Origin: Alphaproteobacteria bacterium
Lineage (GTDB): Bacteria; Pseudomonadota; Alphaproteobacteria; UBA2966; CAIVPW01
NCBI GenBank assembly: GCA_016869235.1
Contig: VGER01000002.1
Coordinates: 7,801-71,800 of the forward strand
DNA: 64,000 nt
Reading direction: 5' to 3'
In this document: positions 57,774-64,000 of the stretch, one piece after another
Layout of the letters: every line of letters begins with the position of its first letter
Position numbering within the stretch: position 1 is the stretch's first letter
Translations under genes and position numbers: made by a program
Notes under the pieces: model-generated
Told to the model about the DNA's origin: nothing
Database searches by the model: none
The model's input: only the letters and a program-made list of their open reading frames with translations

Positions 57774-58634
57774 TCACTGGCCGTCCGGAGACTCCGCAGC
57801 GACCATCTCTGGCTCTTGCTTGCGGCCTTCATCCTGCTTGCGGCCGCGGCGCGGTCCACGGCCAAGGCTGTTCTCCTCGCGCGGCGCAGCTTCGGCCTCG
57901 CCTGGAATCTCCGCCGCCTCGCCGATGTCGCCGGTTTGCGCCATCTGGGTGCGGATTCCGTTGAGCACCGCCTGAGCGGCGAGCTCGCAGTAAAGGTTGA
58001 TGGCGCGCGAAGCGTCGTCGTTGCCCGGAATCGGGAACGCGATGCCCGCCGGGCTGGAATTCGAATCGAGCACGGCCACCACCGGGATGCCGAGGCGGCG
58101 TGCTTCCTCGATGGCGATCTCCTCCTTGTTCGTATCGATCACGAACAGGATGTCGGGTAGACCGCCCATATCCTTGATGCCGCCCAGCGAGCGCTCGAGC
58201 TTCTCGCGTTCGCGCTCGAGATGCAGGCGCTCCTTCTTGGTGAGGCCGCTCTGCTCGCCCTGCTCCGCATTCGCGTCGAGCTCCTTCAGCCGTGCGATGG
58301 AGACGGAGATCGTCTTCCAGTTGGTGAGCATACCGCCCAGCCAACGGTGATGGACGAAGTGCTGGCCGGCGCGGCGAGCCGCATCGGCAATCGCCTCTTG
58401 CGCCTGGCGCTTGGTGCCGACGAACAGCACGCGGCCCCCGGCAGCAGCGGTATCGCGCAGCGCCTCGAGGGCGCGGTGCAGCATCGGCACCGTCTGCTGC
58501 AGGTCGATGATGTGAATCCCGTTGTGCGCCCCGTAGAGGTAAGGCGCCATCTTGGGATTCCAGCGGTATGTGCGATGGCCGAAGTGCACGCCAGCTTCCA
58601 ACAGCTGGCGCATGGTGAAGTCAGGCAAAGCCAT
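57774..58634 (-). CDS. rpsB: 30S ribosomal protein S2 with charged C-terminal extension
   Basis: [19 protein letters not shown]. Confidence 0.96.
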   Translation of the reverse strand: MALPDFTMRQLLEAGVHFGHRTYRWNPKMAPYLYGAHNGIHIIDLQQTVPMLHRALEALRDTAAAGGRVLFVGTKRQAQEAIADAARRAGQHFVHHRWLGGMLTNWKTISVSIARLKELDANAEQGEQSGLTKKERLHLEREREKLERSLGGIKDMGGLPDILFVIDTNKEEIAIEEARRLGIPVVAVLDSNSSPAGIAFPIPGNDDASRAINLYCELAAQAVLNGIRTQMAQTGDIGEAAEIPGEAEAAPREENSLGRGPRRGRKQDEGRKQEPEMVAAESPDGQ

Positions 58635-58848
58635 TTCCTTGCTCCGGTTGTGCTTCCGCAGGAGATGATCCGGGCGGGCCGTTTGGAGGCTCTCCGGACA
58701 CCGGAAACGGCGGCACCAGGGGTGACTGGAGCAAACCGCGATCCTGCGTGCGGGTTATGAGCTCCCGACCATCGGGCGCCCGGCCGGGTAATAGCCTCTG
58801 TGAGGGGCCGGAAGCAAGCTCGGGCTGGCGGAAGGCCGCCGAAATCGC

Positions 58849-61800
58849 TCAGACCTCGCGGAGATCGGCAACCCCCGGGGTCCGCGCGATCGCCTCGCGT
58901 ACGGCCGGGTTCAAGGCGAACTTGCCCGGTAGCGTGATTTCGACTTCCCGGCCGCCCAAAGGCTGGCGCACGACGATGGCGACCTCGGCCCGGCCCCCGT
59001 TGCCCGTCCCCAGGATCCGGCGGATATCGGCCACGGGCTCGGGCCCTTCCAGCCAAACCCGCAGGCCGGCGGCGTGCTTGGCCGCAACTTCGTCCATGGC
59101 CTGGATGCCCTGGGCGGTGAGCCGCACCGTGTCGTTGACGGTGCTGGCCTCTGCCGTGACCTGCACCGAGGTGCCAGGCTCCAGGAGCTGCTTCGCGGCG
59201 GTCAGGATCTCCGAGAAGAGCGTCACCTCGAAGTCGCCGGTCGGATCGGAGAAGGCGACATGGGCAAAGCGATTCCCCCGCGCCGACCGACGCTCCGTGC
59301 ACCGCTCGACCGTACCGGCCAACAGCAGCGACGTAGCGCCGCTGGCGAGCTTTGCGGGAATCTCGGCGGCGGAAGTCACGCGCTTGGCGGCGAGCACGCC
59401 GGTGTACGCCTCCAGCGGATGCGCTGACAGGTACAGCCCAAGCGCCTCGCGCTCGCGCTTCAGGCGCTCCATCGTGCTCCACGCGTCGGCCTTCGGCAGG
59501 TCGAAGCGCCGCTCGGCACCCGACAAGGCGCCGTCGAACAGGTTCGCCTGACCCGCTTCGCGCTCCAGCGACGCGGAGTTTGCCTGGCGCAGCATCATCT
59601 CGACACCGGCGTGGACGCGCTCGCGCTGCGGCTCCAACGCATCGAACGCGCCGGCTAGCGCCAAGTTCTCCATCTGCCGGCGATTCACCGATTTGGGATC
59701 CAGGCGATCGGCGAAGTCGGGCAGGCCCTTGAACGCCCCCCGGCGCGAGCGCTCGGCCACCACCGCCTGCATCGCATGGGCGCCGACGTTGCGCACCGCT
59801 GCCAGGGCGTAGCGAATCGCCGGACCGCTCGCCGTGTCCTCGACCGAGAAGCCGACCTCGGAGCGATTGATGTCGGGGCCCAGCACGCCGATGCCCATGC
59901 GCTTCGCCTCCTGACGGAAGGCGCCGAGCTTGTCGGTGTTGCCCTGGTCAATGGTCATCGACGCGGCAAGGAACTCGACCGGGTGATGCGCCTTCAGGTA
60001 TGCGCTCTGGTAGGCGATGAGCGCGTATCCGGCGGAGTGCGCCTTGTTGAAGCCGTAGCCGGCAAACTTGTCGACCAGATCGAAGACGTGGGTGGCCTTA
60101 TCGGCCGCGACGCCCTTTTCCATCGCGCCTTTGATGAAGCGGTCGCGCATGGCGTCCATCTCGGCCTTGATCTTCTTGCCCATCGCCCGACGCAGGTTGT
60201 CGGCCTCCGCCATGCTGAAGCCGGCGAACACCTGGGCGATCTGCATCACCTGTTCCTGGTAGATGATGACGCCGTAGGTGTCGCGCACGACGGGCTCGAT
60301 CAGCTCGTGTAGCCTCTCGGGCTCCTCGCGGCCGTGCTTGCAGGCGACGTACTTCGGAATGTTCTCCATCGGGCCGGGGCGATAGAGCGCGACGATGGCG
60401 ATGATGTCTTCGATGTTGGAGGGCCGCACCTCGCGCGCGAGGTTCTTCATGCCCTCGCTTTCGAGCTGGAACACGCCCATCGTCTCGCCGCGCGCCAGCA
60501 TGGCGTAGGTCTTCGCATCGGCGAGCGGCAAAGCGCCGAGATCGAGCGCCACGCCGCGCTCGGCCAGGAGCTTCACGGTCTTGTCGAGCACGTCGAGAGT
60601 CTTCAGGCCAAGGAAGTCGAACTTCACCAGGCCCGCCGCCTCGACATACTTCATCGAGAATTGCGTCGCCGGCATCGCCGAGCGCGGATCGCGGTAGAGC
60701 GGCACCAACTCGATCAGCGGGCGGTCGCCAATCACCACGCCGGCGGCGTGGGTGGACGCGTGCCGGTACAGCCCTTCAAGCTTCTGCGCGATGTCGAGCA
60801 TCTTGGCAACGCGCTCATCGGCGTCGCGCTCCGCGGCAAGGCGCGGCTCCGTCGCGATCGCTTCCGCCAGAGACACCGGGTTGGCCGAGTTGTACGGCAC
60901 GATCTTGCAGATGCGGTCCACCTGCCCGTACGGCAGCTCGAGCACGCGGCCGACGTCGCGGAGCGCCGCACGGGCCATCAGCGAGCCGAAGGTGATGATC
61001 TGCGCGACGCGATCAGCGCCATAGGTGCGCTGCACGTACTGGATGACCTCGTCGCGGCGCTCCTGGCAGAAATCGATGTCGAAGTCCGGCATCGAGATGC
61101 GGTGCGGATTGAGGAAGCGCTCGAACAACAGGCCGAACTGCAGCGGGTCGAGGTCGGTGATCTTCAGCGCCCAGGCGACGACGGACCCCGCGCCCGAGCC
61201 GCGCCCGGGACCGACCGGGATGTCGTTCTCCTTGGAGAAGCGGATGAAGTCGGCGACGAGCAGGAAGTAGCCGGCGAACCCCATCTTGATGATGACGCCC
61301 AGTTCGTACTCCAGACGCTCGCGATAACGTGCCTGCTCTTCGGCGGCGCGCGCGCCGATGCGCAGCGCAAGGCCCGCGTGCGACTGGGCGCGCAGCAGGT
61401 CCGCCTCGGTCTGCCCCTCCGGTAGCGGGAAGCGCGGCAGGATCGGGTCACACTTTGGCGGCATGTACGCGCAGCGTCGCGCGACGACCAGCGTGTTGTC
61501 GATCGCCTCGGGAAGATCCGCGAACAGCTCGCGCATCTCGGCGGCGGACTTGAAGCGATGTTCGGGCGTCATGCGGCGCCGATTGGGCTCGCTGATGTAG
61601 GCGCCGTCGGCGATGCACAGCAGCGCGTCATGAGCCTCGGACATCGCCGCATCCGCGAAGTACGGCTCGTTTGTGGCGACCAGAGGCAGCCCCCGCGCGT
61701 AGGCGAGGTCGATCAGCGCCGGCTCGATGCGCTCCTCCGCTTCCATGCCATGGCGTTGCAGCTCGACGTACAAGCGGCCGGGAAAGATGCTCGCCAGCCG

Positions 61801-62286
61801 CCCCAGCGCCTCCGCCGCTTGCGTCTCGCGGCGCTCGCCGAGCAGGCGGCCGACAGGCCCGGCGACACCGCCGGTAAGCGCGAGCAGTCCTTCGGCATGC
61901 GCGGCGAGCTTGTCCCAAGATACCTGGGGCGTCTCGGGGGGCTCCGTCTCCAGGAACGCGGCGCTGGAAAGCGCCATCAGGTTGCGGTAGCCGGCCTCGC
62001 TCTGCACCAGCAGGACGATGCGATCCGGCTCCGGCGCCCGCTGGCTGGGCTGCACGTCGCCGTCCCGTGACAGCCCGAGCTCGCAGCCAATAATGGGCTG
62101 CACGCCATTCTTGGCCGCCTCGAGTGCAAACTCCAGCGCTCCGAACAGGTTTCCCCGATCGGTAATGGCCAGCGCCGGCATGCGGTGTTGCTTGGCGAGT
62201 TTGACCGCGTCCTCGACCTGGATCGCCCCTTCCGAAAGCGAATAGGCGGTGTGAACGCGCAGATGGACGAAGTCCGCAAATGCCAT
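58849..62286 (-). CDS. dnaE: DNA polymerase III alpha subunit (replicative DnaE1)
   Basis: MAFADFVHLRVHTAYSLSEGA PHP domain, palm/fingers, OB fold. I prefer ATG 62286; the tracked start at 62295 is a TTG. Confidence 0.95.
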   Translation of the reverse strand: MAFADFVHLRVHTAYSLSEGAIQVEDAVKLAKQHRMPALAITDRGNLFGALEFALEAAKNGVQPIIGCELGLSRDGDVQPSQRAPEPDRIVLLVQSEAGYRNLMALSSAAFLETEPPETPQVSWDKLAAHAEGLLALTGGVAGPVGRLLGERRETQAAEALGRLASIFPGRLYVELQRHGMEAEERIEPALIDLAYARGLPLVATNEPYFADAAMSEAHDALLCIADGAYISEPNRRRMTPEHRFKSAAEMRELFADLPEAIDNTLVVARRCAYMPPKCDPILPRFPLPEGQTEADLLRAQSHAGLALRIGARAAEEQARYRERLEYELGVIIKMGFAGYFLLVADFIRFSKENDIPVGPGRGSGAGSVVAWALKITDLDPLQFGLLFERFLNPHRISMPDFDIDFCQERRDEVIQYVQRTYGADRVAQIITFGSLMARAALRDVGRVLELPYGQVDRICKIVPYNSANPVSLAEAIATEPRLAAERDADERVAKMLDIAQKLEGLYRHASTHAAGVVIGDRPLIELVPLYRDPRSAMPATQFSMKYVEAAGLVKFDFLGLKTLDVLDKTVKLLAERGVALDLGALPLADAKTYAMLARGETMGVFQLESEGMKNLAREVRPSNIEDIIAIVALYRPGPMENIPKYVACKHGREEPERLHELIEPVVRDTYGVIIYQEQVMQIAQVFAGFSMAEADNLRRAMGKKIKAEMDAMRDRFIKGAMEKGVAADKATHVFDLVDKFAGYGFNKAHSAGYALIAYQSAYLKAHHPVEFLAASMTIDQGNTDKLGAFRQEAKRMGIGVLGPDINRSEVGFSVEDTASGPAIRYALAAVRNVGAHAMQAVVAERSRRGAFKGLPDFADRLDPKSVNRRQMENLALAGAFDALEPQRERVHAGVEMMLRQANSASLEREAGQANLFDGALSGAERRFDLPKADAWSTMERLKREREALGLYLSAHPLEAYTGVLAAKRVTSAAEIPAKLASGATSLLLAGTVERCTERRSARGNRFAHVAFSDPTGDFEVTLFSEILTAAKQLLEPGTSVQVTAEASTVNDTVRLTAQGIQAMDEVAAKHAAGLRVWLEGPEPVADIRRILGTGNGGRAEVAIVVRQPLGGREVEITLPGKFALNPAVREAIARTPGVADLREV

Positions 62287-62329
62287 GGGGGCCAAGGCAT
62301 GATTCCATGCCCCACCTAGGGCGGCGAGG

Positions 62330-62344
62330 GAACTTTTCCAGAAC
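62330..62344 (-). promoter_or_regulatory. Perfect alphaproteobacterial SOS (LexA) box upstream of dnaE
   Basis: Plus strand GAAC-TTTTCCA-GAAC (GTTC-N7-GTTC on the dnaE strand), 44-58 nt upstream of the dnaE ATG, in the 107-nt lolD-dnaE spacer. Confidence 0.55.
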
Positions 62345-62402
62345 TAGTCCCAGAAGTTGTGGGCTAGTCGGGGAATGCTTACTGCATTATGTGGTCGTGC
62401 AC

Positions 62403-63125
62403 CTAGTGCGGCGCCAGAACACCATCCTGAATCGACAGCGTCCGATCCATGCGCGCGGCCAGCTCGAGGTTGTGCGTGGCGATGAGCGCCGCGACTTTTT
62501 GGGCGCGCACGAGGCTGAGCATCGCGGCGAACACCTGCTCCGCCGTCCTGTGGTCCAGGTTGCCGGTGGGCTCGTCGCCGAGCAGCAACGAGGCGCCATT
62601 CGCTACCGCCCGCGCGATGGCAACGCGCTGGCGTTCGCCGCCGGATAGCTCGCCCGGCCGATGCCGCAGCCGCTCCGCCAGGCCGAGCCGGCCAAGCAGA
62701 TCGGCGGCGTGTCCCTCCGCAACATCTCGCGACGAACCGGCGATGCGCCGGGGCAGCGCGACGTTCTCTATGGCAGAGAATTCGGGCAACAGATGGTGGA
62801 ACTGGTAGATGAAGCCGACCTTGTCGCGGCGCGTGCGCGTGCGTTTGGAATCGCTCATGCCGGTGCAACGTTGCCCCGCGATCCAGACCTCCCCGCTATC
62901 GGGGCGGTCCAGCAGTCCGGCGATCTGCAACAGGGTCGTCTTGCCGGAACCGGATGGACCAACCAGCGCGACAATCTCGCCCGGATGAATCGTGAGCGTG
63001 ACGTCCTTGAGCACCTCCAACCGCGCCGGGCCCTCGCGGTAGGAGCGATGAATGTGCTCGAGCGCGAGCGTGGCCGCCTGGTGGGCCGCGCTCGCACGCG
63101 GTTGGGCCTCCGCCGCTTCACTCAC
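62403..63125 (-). CDS. lolD: Lipoprotein-releasing ABC transporter ATP-binding protein
   Basis: GPSGSGKTTLL, LSGGERQRVAIARA, LLGDEPTGNLD. GTG start overlapping the lolC stop. Confidence 0.92.
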   Translation of the reverse strand: MSEAAEAQPRASAAHQAATLALEHIHRSYREGPARLEVLKDVTLTIHPGEIVALVGPSGSGKTTLLQIAGLLDRPDSGEVWIAGQRCTGMSDSKRTRTRRDKVGFIYQFHHLLPEFSAIENVALPRRIAGSSRDVAEGHAADLLGRLGLAERLRHRPGELSGGERQRVAIARAVANGASLLLGDEPTGNLDHRTAEQVFAAMLSLVRAQKVAALIATHNLELAARMDRTLSIQDGVLAPH

Positions 63126-64000
63126 TGCGCAGGACTTCCACGGGATCGGTGCGTGCGGCGCGCCAGGACGGATACAGGGTGGCGAGGAAGGATAAGGCGA
63201 GCGCCATGCCCGTCACCAGCGCAACCTCGGAGGGGTCTACCTTCGCCGGAAGGGTGGATAAGAAGTAGATCTCCGCGGCGAAGAGGTTCGTTCCGGTGAG
63301 CGATTCGATCCACTGGCGAATCGTCTCGATATTCAGCGCAAAGGACAAGCCGAGCACGAACCCCGCCAAAGTGCCGATGACGCCGACCGATGCGCCGGCG
63401 AGAAAGAATACTCGCAGGATAATTCCCCGCGACGCGCCCATGGTGCGCATGATGGCGATGGCGCCGCGCTTCTCCTTCACTAGCATGATGAGGCCCGAGA
63501 TGACGTTCAGCGCCGCCACGAGAATGATAAGCGTGAGGATGAGGAACATCACGTTCCGCTCCACCTCGAGGGCGTTGAAGAACTGCGTGTTCGAATCGCG
63601 CCAGTCAAACACCCGCAGTCCGGGCACGGCCTGGCGGATCGCGGCGCGGACGGTATCCGGCTGCTCCGGGTCGGTCACGATCGCCTCGATGGCAGAGACA
63701 CGATCCGCCAGGCGGAAGAACACCTGCGCGGCCTCAAGCGGCAGAAAGGCTAGCGCCGAGTCGTACTCGTACATGCCGATGTCGAAGGTGGCCGCGACCT
63801 TGTAGCCCTTCATGCGCGGCACATTGCCCATCGGCGTGGGCGTCGTTTCCGGCGCCACGAACGTGACCGTGTCGCCGACACGGACGCCGAGGTTGAGCGC
63901 CAGCCGATCACCGAGCACCACCGAGTCGGGCGGACCGAACGCATCCAGCGAGCCCGACACCACGCCCTCGTTGATGAGCGGCATCTGGCGCAAGTCGGCG
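63118..64000 (-). CDS. lolC: Lipoprotein-releasing ABC transporter permease LolC/E (C-terminal part; N-terminus beyond window end)
   Basis: FtsX-like permease C-terminus (AALNVISGLIMLVKEKRGAIAIMRTMGAS ... YPSWRAARTDPVEVLR). The frame is open to the window edge. Confidence 0.88.
   Translation of the reverse strand, partial: ADLRQMPLINEGVVSGSLDAFGPPDSVVLGDRLALNLGVRVGDTVTFVAPETTPTPMGNVPRMKGYKVAATFDIGMYEYDSALAFLPLEAAQVFFRLADRVSAIEAIVTDPEQPDTVRAAIRQAVPGLRVFDWRDSNTQFFNALEVERNVMFLILTLIILVAALNVISGLIMLVKEKRGAIAIMRTMGASRGIILRVFFLAGASVGVIGTLAGFVLGLSFALNIETIRQWIESLTGTNLFAAEIYFLSTLPAKVDPSEVALVTGMALALSFLATLYPSWRAARTDPVEVLRSE

Overview
High-GC (by eye roughly two-thirds G+C) chromosomal segment with the gene order typical of Alphaproteobacteria, almost all of it conserved core. 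Order: class IV aminotransferase (partial), ntrX-ntrY, ntrC-ntrB, a degP-like protease, ispDF-pgpA-cinA(PncC)-CPBP protease. Then the long minus-strand run ratA-like, lipA, lpd, pdhC, pdhB, pdhA, ftsB, eno, kdsA, pyrG, secG, msrQ-like, tpiA. Then two tandem M48/PDZ lipoprotein paralogues, ppiD-trpE, a 1.76 kb accessory pocket, trpGDC-moaC-moeA-lexA, two DUF1344-like genes, comEC and gltX-gltA. Then the envelope/translation cluster lpxB-lpxI-lpxA-fabZ-lpxD-skp-bamA-rseP-dxr-cdsA-uppS-frr-pyrH-tsf-rpsB, followed by dnaE and lolD-lolC (partial). I saw no rRNA, tRNA, CRISPR array, transposase or integrase. Many long ORFs in the track are antisense or out-of-frame artefacts of the high GC content, and several real genes start downstream of the tracked ORF start. 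I re-derived those starts from the sequence, often as ATGA/GTGA/TAATG stop-start overlaps. I found no clear multi-gene novel system. The most interesting items are: (1) the pocket between trpE and trpG, which holds a degenerate GIY-YIG ORF, an unassignable K/E/R-rich 90-aa ORF, a 5'-truncated YibQ-like deacetylase remnant abutting an orphan cueR, and a textbook CueR-type promoter that drives cueR itself. (2) Four single-nucleotide frame disruptions plus one in-frame TGA, all in secreted or envelope accessory genes and none in about 50 housekeeping genes. (3) A 15-nt G/C homopolymer inside the intact M48/PDZ gene. (4) A perfect GAAC-N7-GAAC SOS box upstream of the replicative dnaE. (5) A small signal-peptide ORF 2 nt upstream of ntrY. 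All family assignments rest on motifs I recognise in the translations; no database search was run.
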